A stretch of DNA of 64,000 bases from Eledone cirrhosa (Eukaryota): assembly GCA_964016885.1 (NCBI GenBank), contig OZ024742.1:6448001-6512000 (forward strand), written 5' to 3'. The translations under genes were made by a program, and so were the position numbers. Positions 12,301 through 25,270 of this stretch are shown here, one piece after another; positions within the stretch are counted from its first letter, which is position 1, and every line of letters starts with the position of its first letter. The notes under the pieces are model-generated. The model did no database searches, was not told the DNA's origin, and was given only the letters and a program-made list of their open reading frames with translations.

Positions 12301-13444
12301 TTAGTGATCTATAACATAGTTCCTTAACCTAGTAGTTAGAGGGTTAACCAGAGCAGTTTAGTGATCTATAACATAGTTCCTTACCCTAGTAATTAGAGGG
12401 TTAACCAGAGCAGTTTAATGATCTATAACATGGTTTCTTAGCCTAGTAGGTAGAGGGTTAACCAGAGCTGTTTAGTGATCTATAACATGGTTTCTTACCC
12501 TAGTAGGTAGAGGGTAACCAGAGCATTTTAGTGATCTATAACATACTTCCTTACCCTAGTAGTTAGAGGGTTACCCCGTGCAGTTTAGTGATCTATAACA
12601 TAGTTTCTTACCCTAGTAGTTAGAGGGTTAAGCAGAGCAGTTTAGTGATATGTAACATAGTTTCTTAGACTTGTAGTTAGAGGGTTAACCAGAGCAGTTT
12701 AGTGATATATAACATAGTTCCTTACCCTAGAAGTTAGAGGGTTAACCAGAGCAGTCTAGTGATCTATAACAAAGTTTCTTAGCCTAGTAGTTCGAGGGTT
12801 AACCAGAGCAGTTTAGTGATCTATAACATGGTTTCTTACCCTAGTAGTTAGAGGGTTAACCTGAGCAGTTTAGTGATCTATAACATATATCTTTACCCTA
12901 GTAGTTAGAGGGTTAACCAGAGCAGTTTAGTGATGTATAACATATTTCTTTAACCTAGTAGTTAGAGGGTTAACCAGAGCAGTTTAATGATCTATAACAT
13001 ATTTCTTTACCCTAGTAGTTAGAGGGTTAACCAGAGCAGTTTAGTGATCTATAACATAGTTCCTTAACATATTAGTTAGAGGGTTAACTAGAGCAGTTTA
13101 GTGATATATGACGTAGTTCCTTACCCTAGTAGTTAGAGGGTTCAACAGAGCAGTTTTGTGATATATGACATAGTTCCTTACCCTAGTAGTTAGAGGGTTA
13201 ACGACAGCATTTTAGTGATATATAACATATTTTCTTACCCTAGTAGATAGAGGGTTAAGCAGAGCAGTTTAGTAATCTATAACATAGATTCTTACCCTAG
13301 TAGTTAGAGGGTTAACCAGAGCAGTTTTGTGATCTATAACATAGTTCCTTACCCTAGTAGTTAGAGGGTTAACTAGAGCAGTTTAGTGATCTATAACATA
13401 GTTCCTTACCCTAGAGGTTAGTGGGTTAACCAGAGCAGTTTAGT
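6384..13444. repeat. Higher-order tandem duplication, 2 x ~3531 bp (62 monomers)
   Basis: Rare variants at constant offset: GTTACTCCGT 6591/10122, AGTCATGTAT 8601/12132 (3531), ACGACAGCAT 9671/13201 (3530 after an extra 1-bp deletion near 12514). 62x57-3=3531. Confidence 0.92.
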
Positions 13445-15438
13445 GATATATAACATGGTTTCTTACCCTAGTAGGTAGAGGATTAACCAGAGCTGTTTAG
13501 TGATCTATAACATGGTTTCTTACCCTAGTAGTTAGAGGGTTAACCAGAGCAGTTTAGTGATCTATAACATATATCTTTACCCTAGTAGTTAGAGGGTTAA
13601 CCAGAGCAGTTTAGTGATGTATAACATATTTCTTTAACCTAGTAGTTAGAGGGTTAACCAGAGCAGTTTAATGATCTATAACATATTTCTTTACCCTAGT
13701 AGTTAGAGGGTTAACCAGAGCAGTTTAGTGATCTATAACATAGTTCCTTAACATATTAGTTAGAGGGTTAACTAGAGCAGTTTAGTGATATATGACGTAG
13801 TTCCTTACCCTAGTAGTTAGAGGGTTCACCAGAGCAGTTTAGTGATATATGACATAGTTCCTTACCCTAGTAGTTAGAGGGTTAACCACAGCATTTTAGT
13901 GATATATAACATATTTTCTTACCCTAGTAGTTAGAGGGTTAACCAGAGCAGTTTTGTGATCTATAACATAGTTCCTTACCCTAGTAGTTCGAGGGTTAAC
14001 CAGAGCAGTTTAGTGATCTATAACATGGTTTCTTACCCTAGTAGTTAGAGGGTTAACCAGAGCAGTTTAGTGATGTATAACATAGTTCCTTAGCCTAGTA
14101 GTTAGAGGGTTAATCAAAGCAGTTTAGTGATTTATAACATGGTTTCTTACCTAGGAGTTAGAGGGTTAATCAAAACAGTTTAGTGATTTATAACATGGTT
14201 TCTTACCCTAGGAGTTAGAGGGTTAACCAGAGCAGTTTAGTGATCTATAACATAGTTCCTTGCCCTAGTAGTTAGAGGGTTAATCAAAGCAGTTCAGTGA
14301 TTTATAACATGGTTTCTTACCCTAGGAGTTAGAGGGTTAACCAGAGCAGTTTAGTGATCTATAACATAGTTCCTTACCCTAGTAGTTAGAGGGTTAACCA
14401 GAGCAGTTTAGTGATCTATAACATAGATTCTTACCCTAGTAGTTAGAAGGTTAACCAGAGTAGTTTAGTGATATATAACAATAGTCCCTTACCCTAGTAG
14501 TTAGAGGGTTAACCAGAGCAGCTTACTGATCTATAACATAGTTCCTTACCCTAGTAGTTAGAGGGTTAACCAGAGCAGTTTAGTGATCCACAACATAGTT
14601 CATTTTCCTAGTAGTTAGAGGTTAAGCAGAGCAGTTTAGTGATCCACAACATAGTTCCTTATCCTAGTAGTTAGAGGGTTAACCAGAAAAGTTTAGTGAT
14701 ATATGACATAGTTCCTTACCCTAGTAGTTAGAGGGTTCACCAGATCAGTTTAGTGATATATGACGTAGTTCCTTACCCTAGTAGTTAGAGGGTTCACCAG
14801 AGCAGTTTAGTGATATATGACATAGTTCCTTACCCTAGTAGTTAGAGGGTTAACCAGAGCAGTTTAGTGATCTATAACATAGTTCCTTACCCTAGAAGTT
14901 AGAGGGTTAACCAGAGCAGTTTAGTGATCTATAACATAGTCCCTTACCCTAGAAGTTAGTGGGTTAACCAGAACAGTTTAGTGATCTATAACATAGTTCC
15001 TTACCCTAGAAGTTAGAGGGTTAACCAGAGCAGTTTAGTGATCTATAACATAGTTCCTTACCCTAGAAGTTAGAGGGTTAACCAGAGCAGTTTAGTGATC
15101 TATAACATAGTTCCTGACCCTAGAAGTTAGTGGGTTAACCAGAGCAGTTTAGTGATATATAACATGGTTTCTTACCCTAGTAGGTAGAGGGTTCACCAGA
15201 GCAGTTTAGTGATATATGACATAGTTCCTTACCCTAGTAGTTAGAGAGTTAACCACAGCAGTTTAGTGATATATAACATAGTTTCTTAGACTTGTAGTTA
15301 GAGGGTTAACCAGAGCAGTTTAGTCATATATAACATAGTTCCTTACCCTAGTAGTTAGAGGGTTAACCAGAGCAGTTTAGTGATCTATAACATAGTTCCT
15401 GACCCTAGAAGTTAGTGGGTTAACCAGAGCAGTTTAGT

Positions 15439-18400
15439 GATATATAACATGGTTTCTTACCCTAGTAGGTAGAGGGTTAACCAGAGCTGTTTAGTGATCT
15501 ATAACATGGTTTCTTACCCTAGTAGGTAGAGGGTTAACCAGAGCATTTTAGTGTTTATAACATACTTCCTTACCCTAGTAGTTAGAGGGTTACTCCGTGC
15601 AGTTTAGTGATCTATAACATAGTTTCTTACCCTAGTAGTTAGAGGGTTAACCTGAGCAGTTCAGTGATCTATAAAATAGTTTCTTAGCCTAGAAGTTAGA
15701 GGGTTAACCAGAGCAGTTTAGTGATCTATAACATATATCTTTACCCTAGTAGTTAGAGGGTTAACCAGAGCAGTTTAGTGATCTATAACATATTTCCTTA
15801 ACATATTAGTTAGAGGGTTAACTAGAGCAGTTTAGTGATATATGACGTAGTTCCTTACCCTAGTAGTTAGAGGGTTCACCAGAGCAGTTTAGTGATCTAT
15901 AACATATTTCCTTAACATATTAGTTAGAGGGTTAACTAGAGCAGTTTAGTGATATATGACGTAGTTCCTTACCCTAGTAGTTAGAGGGTTCACCAGAGCA
16001 GTTTAGTGATATATGACATAGTTCCTTACCCTAGTAGTTAGAGGGTTAACCACAGCATTGTAGTGATATATAACATATTTTCTTACCCTAGTAGATAGTG
16101 GGTTAAGCAGAGCAGTTTAGTGATCTATAACATAGTTTCTTACCCTAGTAGTTAGAAGGTTAACCAGAGCAGTTTTGTGATCTATAACATAGTTCCTTAC
16201 CCTAGTAGTTAGAGGGTTAACCAGAGCAGTTTAGTGATCTATAACATAGTTCCTTACCCTAGTAGTTAGAGGGTTAATCAAAGCAGTTCAGTGATTTATA
16301 ACATGGTTTCTTACCCTACTAGTTAGAGGGTTAACCAGAGCAGTTTAGTGATCCACAACATAGTTCATTTTCCTAGTAGTTATAGGTTAACCAGAGCAGT
16401 TTAGTGATCCACAACATAGTTCCTTATCCTAGTAGTTAGAGGGTTAACCAGAAAAGTTTAGTGATATATGACATAGTTCCTTACCCTAGTAGTTAGAGGG
16501 TTCACCAGATCAGTTTAGTGATATAAGACGTAGTTCCTTACCCTAGTAGTTAGAGGGTTCACCAGAGCAGTTTAGTGATATATGACATAGTTCCTTACCC
16601 TAGTAGTTAGAGGGTTAACCACAGCAGTTTAGTGATCTATAACATAGTTTCTTACCCTAGTAGTTAGAGGGTTAACCAGAGCAGTTTAGTGATCTATAAC
16701 ATAGTTCCTTACCCTAGAAGTTAGAGGTTAACCAGAGCAGTTTAGTGATCTATAACATAGTTCCTTACCCTAGAAGTTAGAGGGTTAACCAGAGCAGTTT
16801 AGTGATCTATAACATAGTTCCTGACCCTAGAAGTTAGTGGGTTAACCAGAGCAGTTTAGTGATATATAACATTGTCTCTTACCCTAGTAGTTAGAGGGTT
16901 AACCACAGCAGTTTAGTGATCTATAACATAGTTTCTTACCCTAGTAGTTAGAGGGTTAACCAGAGCAGTTTAGTGATCTATAACATAGTTTCTTAGCCTA
17001 GCAGTTAGAGGGTTAACCAGAGCAGTTTTGTGATCTATAACATAGTTCCTGACCCTAGAAGTTAGTGGGTTAACCAGAGCAGTTTAGTGATATATAACAT
17101 AGTTCCTTACCCTAGAAGTTAGAGGGTTAACCAGAGCAGTTTAGTGATCTATAACATAGTTCCTTACCCTAGAAGTTAGAGGGTTAACCAGAGCAGTTTA
17201 GTGATCTATAACATAGTTCCTGGCCCTAGAAGTTAGTGGGTTAACCAGAGCAGTTTAGTGATATATAACATAGTTTCTTAGACTTGAAGTTAGATGTTTA
17301 ACCAGAGCAGTTTAGTCATATATAACATAGTTCCCTACCCTAGTAGTTAGAGGGTTAACCAGAGCAGTTTAGTGATCTATAACATAGTTCCTGACCCTAG
17401 AAGTTAGTGGGTTAACCAGAGCAGTTTAGTGATATATAACATGGTTCCTTACCCTAGTAGGTAGAGGGTTAACCAGAGCTGTTTAGTGATCTATAACATG
17501 TTTCTTACCCTAGTAGGTAGAGGGTTAACCAGAGCATTTTAGTGATCTATAACATACTTCCTTACCCTAGTAGTTAGAGGGTTACCCCGTGCAGTTTAGT
17601 GATCTATAACATAGTTTCTTACCCTAGTAGTTAGAGGGTTAACCTGAGCAGTTCAGTGATCTATAACATAGTTTCTTAGCCCAGTAGTTAGAGGGTTAAC
17701 CAGAGCAGGTTAGTGATCTATAACATATATCTTTACCCTAGTAGTTAGAGGGTTAACCAGAGCAGTTTAGTGATGTATAACATATTTCTTTAACCTAGTA
17801 GTTAGAGGGTTAACCAGAGCAGTTTAATGATCTATAACATATTTCTTTACCCTAGTAGTTAGAGGGTTAACCAGAGCAGTTTAGTGATCTATAACATAGT
17901 TCCTTAACATATTAGTTAGAGGGTTAACTAGAGCAGTTTAGTGATCTATAACATAGTTCCTTACCCTAGTAATTAGAGGGTTAACCAGAGCAGTTTAATG
18001 ATCTATAACATGGTTTCTTAGCCTAGTAGGTAGAGGGTTAACCAGAGCTGTTTAGTGATCTATAACATGGTTTCTTACCCTAGTAGGTAGAGGGTTAACC
18101 AGAGCATTTTAGTGATCTATAACATACTTCCTTACCCTAGTAGTTAGAGGGTTACCCCGTGCAGTTTAGTGATCTATAACATAGTTTCTTACCTTTGTAG
18201 TTAGAGGGTTAAGCAGAGCAGTTTAGTGATATGTAACATAGTTTCTTAGACTTGTAGTTAGAGGGTTAACCAGAGCAGTTTAGTGATATATAACATAGTT
18301 CCTTACCCTAGAAGTTAGAGGGTTAACCAGAGCAGTCTAGTGATCTATAACAAAGATTCTTAGCCGAGTAGTTCGAGGGTTAACCAGAGCAGTTTAGTGA

Positions 18401-21358
18401 TATATAACATGGTTTCTTACCCTAGTAGGTAGAGGGTTAACCAGAGCTGTTTAGTGATCTATAACATGGTTTCTTACCCTAGTAGGTAGAGGGTTAACCA
18501 GAGCATTTTAGTGTTTATAACATACTTCCTTACCCTAGTAGTTAGAGGGTTACTCCGTGCAGTTTAGTGATCTATAACATAGTTTCTTACCCTAGTAGTT
18601 AGAGGGTTAACCTGAGCAGTTCAGTGATCTATAAAATAGTTTCTTAGCCTAGAAGTTAGAGGGTTAACCAGAGCAGTTTAGTGATCTATAACATATATCT
18701 TTACCCTAGTAGTTAGAGGGTTAACCAGAGCAGTTTAGTGATCTATAACATATTTCCTTAACATATTAGTTAGAGGGTTAACTAGAGCAGTTTAGTGATA
18801 TATGACGTAGTTCCTTACCCTAGTAGTTAGAGGGTTCACCAGAGCAGTTTAGTGATCTATAACATATTTCCTTAACATATTAGTTAGAGGGTTAACTAGA
18901 GCAGTTTAGTGATATATGACGTAGTTCCTTACCCTAGTAGTTAGAGGGTTCACCAGAGCAGTTTAGTGATATATGACATAGTTCCTTACCCTAGTAGTTA
19001 GAGGGTTAACCACAGCATTGTAGTGATATATAACATATTTTCTTACCCTAGTAGATAGTGGGTTAAGCAGAGCAGTTTAGTGATCTATAACATAGTTTCT
19101 TACCCTAGTAGTTAGAAGGTTAACCAGAGCAGTTTTGTGATCTATAACATAGTTCCTTACCCTAGTAGTTAGAGGGTTAACCAGAGCAGTTTAGTGATCT
19201 ATAACATAGTTCCTTACCCTAGTAGTTAGAGGGTTAATCAAAGCAGTTCAGTGATTTATAACATGGTTTCTTACCCTACTAGTTAGAGGGTTAACCAGAG
19301 CAGTTTAGTGATCCACAACATAGTTCATTTTCCTAGTAGTTATAGGTTAACCAGAGCAGTTTAGTGATCCACAACATAGTTCCTTATCCTAGTAGTTAGA
19401 GGGTTAACCAGAAAAGTTTAGTGATATATGACATAGTTCCTTACCCTAGTAGTTAGAGGGTTCACCAGATCAGTTTAGTGATATAAGACGTAGTTCCTTA
19501 CCCTAGTAGTTAGAGGGTTCACCAGAGCAGTTTAGTGATATATGACATAGTTCCTTACCCTAGTAGTTAGAGGGTTAACCACAGCAGTTTAGTGATCTAT
19601 AACATAGTTTCTTACCCTAGTAGTTAGAGGGTTAACCAGAGCAGTTTAGTGATCTATAACATAGTTCCTTACCCTAGAAGTTAGAGGTTAACCAGAGCAG
19701 TTTAGTGATCTATAACATAGTTCCTTACCCTAGAAGTTAGAGGGTTAACCAGAGCAGTTTAGTGATCTATAACATAGTTCCTGACCCTAGAAGTTAGTGG
19801 GTTAACCAGAGCAGTTTAGTGATATATAACATTGTCTCTTACCCTAGTAGTTAGAGGGTTAACCACAGCAGTTTAGTGATCTATAACATAGTTTCTTACC
19901 CTAGTAGTTAGAGGGTTAACCAGAGCAGTTTAGTGATCTATAACATAGTTTCTTAGCCTAGCAGTTAGAGGGTTAACCAGAGCAGTTTTGTGATCTATAA
20001 CATAGTTCCTGACCCTAGAAGTTAGTGGGTTAACCAGAGCAGTTTAGTGATATATAACATAGTTCCTTACCCTAGAAGTTAGAGGGTTAACCAGAGCAGT
20101 TTAGTGATCTATAACATAGTTCCTTACCCTAGAAGTTAGAGGGTTAACCAGAGCAGTTTAGTGATCTATAACATAGTTCCTGGCCCTAGAAGTTAGTGGG
20201 TTAACCAGAGCAGTTTAGTGATATATAACATAGTTTCTTAGACTTGAAGTTAGATGTTTAACCAGAGCAGTTTAGTCATATATAACATAGTTCCCTACCC
20301 TAGTAGTTAGAGGGTTAACCAGAGCAGTTTAGTGATCTATAACATAGTTCCTGACCCTAGAAGTTAGTGGGTTAACCAGAGCAGTTTAGTGATATATAAC
20401 ATGGTTCCTTACCCTAGTAGGTAGAGGGTTAACCAGAGCTGTTTAGTGATCTATAACATGTTTCTTACCCTAGTAGGTAGAGGGTTAACCAGAGCATTTT
20501 AGTGATCTATAACATACTTCCTTACCCTAGTAGTTAGAGGGTTACCCCGTGCAGTTTAGTGATCTATAACATAGTTTCTTACCCTAGTAGTTAGAGGGTT
20601 AACCTGAGCAGTTCAGTGATCTATAACATAGTTTCTTAGCCCAGTAGTTAGAGGGTTAACCAGAGCAGGTTAGTGATCTATAACATATATCTTTACCCTA
20701 GTAGTTAGAGGGTTAACCAGAGCAGTTTAGTGATGTATAACATATTTCTTTAACCTAGTAGTTAGAGGGTTAACCAGAGCAGTTTAATGATCTATAACAT
20801 ATTTCTTTACCCTAGTAGTTAGAGGGTTAACCAGAGCAGTTTAGTGATCTATAACATAGTTCCTTAACATATTAGTTAGAGGGTTAACTAGAGCAGTTTA
20901 GTGATCTATAACATAGTTCCTTACCCTAGTAATTAGAGGGTTAACCAGAGCAGTTTAATGATCTATAACATGGTTTCTTAGCCTAGTAGGTAGAGGGTTA
21001 ACCAGAGCTGTTTAGTGATCTATAACATGGTTTCTTACCCTAGTAGGTAGAGGGTTAACCAGAGCATTTTAGTGATCTATAACATACTTCCTTACCCTAG
21101 TAGTTAGAGGGTTACCCCGTGCAGTTTAGTGATCTATAACATAGTTTCTTACCTTTGTAGTTAGAGGGTTAAGCAGAGCAGTTTAGTGATATGTAACATA
21201 GTTTCTTAGACTTGTAGTTAGAGGGTTAACCAGAGCAGTTTAGTGATATATAACATAGTTCCTTACCCTAGAAGTTAGAGGGTTAACCAGAGCAGTCTAG
21301 TGATCTATAACAAAGATTCTTAGCCGAGTAGTTCGAGGGTTAACCAGAGCAGTTTAGT
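15439..21358. repeat. Higher-order tandem duplication, 2 x 2960 bp (52 monomers), apparently identical copies
   Basis: TACTCCGTGC 15591/18551, ATAAAATAGT 15671/18631, TATAGGTTAA 16381/19341, TAGATGTTTA 17291/20251, CAAAGATTCT 18351/21311, all offset 2960 (52x57-4). Confidence 0.95.
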
Positions 21359-24300
21359 GATCTATAACATGGTTTCTTACCCTAGTAGTTAGTGGGTTAA
21401 GCTGAGCAGTTTAGTGATCTATAACATATATCTTTACCCTAGTAGTTAGAGGGTTAACCAGAGCAGTTTAGTGATGTATAATATATTTCTTTAACCTAGT
21501 AGTTAGAGGGTTAACTAGAGCAGTTTAGTGATATATGACGTAGTTCCTTACCCTAGTAGTTAGAGGGTTCAACAGAGCAGTTTTGTGATATATGACATAG
21601 TTCCTTACCCTAGTAGTTAGAGGGTTAACCACAGCATTTTAGTGATATATAACATATTTTCTTACCCTAGTAGATAGAGGGTTAAGCAGAGCAGTTTAGT
21701 AATCTATAACATAGATTCTTACCCTAGTAGTTGGAGGGTTAACCAGAGCAGTTTTGTGATCTATAACATAGTTCCTTACCCTAGGAGTTAGAGGGTTAAC
21801 CAGAGCAGTTTAGTGATCTATAACATAGTTCCTTACCCTAGTAGTTAGAGGGTTAATCAAAGCAGTTCAGTGATTTATAACATGGTTTCTTACCCTAGGA
21901 GTTAGAGGGTTAACCAGAGCAGTTTAGTGATCTATAACATAGTTCCTTACCCTAGTAGTTAGAGGGTTAACCAGAGCAGTTTAGTGATCTATAACATAGT
22001 TTCTTACCCTAGTAGTTAGAGGGTTAACCAGAGCAGTTTAGTGATATATAACAATAGTTCCTTACCCTAGTAGTTAGAGGGTTAACCAGAGCAGCTTACT
22101 GATCTATAACATAGTTCCTTACCCTAATAGTTAGAGGGTTAACCAGAGCAGTTTAGTGATCCACAACATAGTTCCTTATCCTAGTAGTTAGAGGGTTAAC
22201 CAGAAAAGTTTAGTGATATATGACATAGTTCCTTACCCTAGTAGTTAGAGGGTTAATCAAAGCAGTTCAGTGATTTATAACATGGTTTCTTACCCTACTA
22301 GTTAGAGGGTTAACCAGAGCAGTTTAGTGATCCACAACATAGTTCATTTTCCTAGTAGTTAGAGGTTAACCAGAGCAGTTTAGTGATCCACAACATAGTT
22401 CCTTATCCTAGTAGTTAGAGGGTTAACCAGAAAAGTTTAGTGATATATGACATAGTTCCTTACCCTAGTAGTTAGAGGGTTCACCAGATCAGTTTAGTGA
22501 TATAAGACGTAGTTCCTTACCCTAGTAGTTAGAGGGTTCACCAGAGCAGTTTAGTGATATATGACATAGTTCCTTACCCTAGTAGTTAGAGGGTTAACCA
22601 CAGCAGTTTAGTGATCTATAACATAGTTTCTTACCCTAGTAGTTAGAGGGTTAACCAGAGCAGTTTAGTGATCTATAACATAGTTCCTTACCCTACAAGT
22701 TAGAGGTTAACCAGAGCAGTTTAGTGATCTATAACATAGTTCCTTACCCTAGAAGTTAGAGGGTTAACCAGAGCAGTTTAGTGATCTATAACATAGTTCC
22801 TGACCCTAGAAGTTAGTGGGTTAACCAGAGCAGTTTAGTGATATATAACATTGTCTCTTACCCTAGTAGTTAGAGGGTTAACCACAGCAGTTTAGTGATC
22901 TATAACATAGTTTCTTACCCTAGTAGTTAGAGGGTTAACCAGAGCAGTTTAGTGATCTATAACATAGTTTCTTAGCCTAGCAGTTAGAGGGTTAACCAGA
23001 GCAGTTTTGTGATCTATAACATAGTTCCTGACCCTAGAAGTTAGTGGGTTAACCAGAGCAGTTTAGTGATATATAACATAGTTCCTTACCCTAGAAGTTA
23101 GAGGGTTAACCAGAGCAGTTTAGTGATCTATAACATAGTTCCTTACCCTAGAAGTTAGAGGGTTAACCAGAGCAGTTTAGTGATCTATAACATAGTTCCT
23201 GGCCCTAGAAGTTAGTGGGTTAACCAGAGCAGTTTAGTGATATATAACATAGTTTCTTAGACTTGAAGTTAGAGGTTTAACCAGAGCAGTTTAGTCATAT
23301 ATAACATAGTTCCCTACCCTAGTAGTTAGAGGGTTAACCAGAGCAGTTTAGTGATCTATAACATAGTTCCTGACCCTAGAAGTTAGTGGGTTAACCAGAG
23401 CAGTTTAGTGATATATAACATGGTTCCTTACCCTAGTAGGTAGAGGGTTAACCAGAGCTGTTTAGTGATCTATAACATGGTTTCTTACCCTAGTAGGTAG
23501 AGGGTTAACCAGAGCATTTTAGTGATCTATAACATACTTCCTTACCCTAGTAGTTAGAGGGTTACCCCGTGCAGTTTAGTGATCTATAACATAGTTTCTT
23601 ACCCTAGTAGTTAGAGGGTTAACCTGAGCAGTTCAGTGATCTATAACATAGTTTCTTAGCCTAGTAGTTAGAGGGTTAACCAGAGCAGGTTAGTGATCTA
23701 TAACATATATCTTTACCCTAGTAGTTAGAGGGTTAACCAGAGCAGTTTAGTGATGTATAACATATTTCTTTAACCTAGTAGTTAGAGGGTTAACCAGAGC
23801 AGTTTAATGATCTATAACATATTTCTTTACCCTAGTAGTTAGAGGGTTAACCAGAGCAGTTTAGTGATCTATAACATAGTTCCTTAACATATTAGTTAGA
23901 GGGTTAACTAGAGCAGTTTAGTGATCTATAACATAGTTCCTTAACCTAGTAGTTAGAATGTTAACCAGAGCAGTTTAGTGATCTATAACATGGTTTCTTA
24001 GCCTAGTAGGTAGAGGGTTAACCAGAGCTGTTTAGTGATCTATAACATGGTTTCTTACCCTAGTAGGTAGATGGTTAACCAGAGCATTTTAGTGATCTAT
24101 AACATACTTCCTTACCCTAGTAGTTAGAGGGTTACCCCGTGCAGTTTAGTGATCTATAACATAGTTTCTTACCCTAGTAGTTAGAGGGTTAAGCAGAGCA
24201 GTTTAGTGATATGTAACATAGTTTCTTAGACTTGTAGTTAGAGGGTTAACCAGAGCAGTTTAGTGATATATAACATAGTTCCTTACCCTAGAAGTTAGAG

Positions 24301-25270
24301 GGTTAACCAGAGCAGTCTAGTGATCTATAACAAAGATTCTTAGCCGAGTAGTTCGAGGGTTAACCAGAGCAGTTTAGTGATCTATAACATGGTTTCTTAC
24401 CCTAGTAGTTAGAGGGTTAAGCTGAGCAGTTTAGTGATCTATAACATATATCTTTACCCTAGTAGTTAGAGGGTTAACCAGAGCAGTTTAGTGATGTATA
24501 ATATATTTCTTTAACCTAGTAGTTAGAGGGTTAACTAGAGCAGTTTAGTGATATATGACGTAGTTCCTTACCCTAGTAGTTAGAGGGTTCAACAGAGCAG
24601 TTTTGTGATATATGACATAGTTCCTTACCCTAGTAGTTAGAGGGTTAACCACAGCATTTTAGTGATATATAACATATTTTCTTACCCTAGTAGATAGAGG
24701 GTTAAGCAGAGCAGTTTAGTAATCTATAACATAGATTCTTACCCTAGTAGTTGGAGGGTTAACCAGAGCAGTTTTGTGATCTATAACATAGTTCCTTACC
24801 CTAGGAGTTAGAGGGTTAACCAGAGCAGTTTAGTGATCTATAACATAGTTCCTTACCCTAGTAGTTAGAGGGTTAATCAAAGCAGTTCAGTGATTTATAA
24901 CATGGTTTCTTACCCTAGGAGTTAGAGGGTTAACCAGAGCAGTTTAGTGATCTATAACATAGTTCCTTACCCTAGTAGTTAGAGGGTTAACCAGAGCAGT
25001 TTAGTGATCTATAACATAGTTTCTTACCCTAGTAGTTAGAGGGTTAACCAGAGCAGTTTAGTGATATATAACAATAGTTCCTTACCCTAGTAGTTAGAGG
25101 GTTAACCAGAGCAGCTTACTGATCTATAACATAGTTCCTTACCCTAATAGTTAGAGGGTTAACCAGAGCAGTTTAGTGATCCACAACATAGTTCCTTATC
25201 CTAGTAGTTAGAGGGTTAACCAGAAAAGTTTAGTGATATATGACATAGTTCCTTACCCTAGTAGTTAGAG
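19240..25270. repeat. Older higher-order duplication, period ~3020 bp (53 monomers), boundaries approximate
   Basis: CAGAGCAGGT 20661/23681, CAAAGATTCT 21311/24331, GCTGAGCAGT 21401/24421, TTGGAGGGTT 21731/24751, offset 3020. Copies differ at several sites. Confidence 0.85.
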
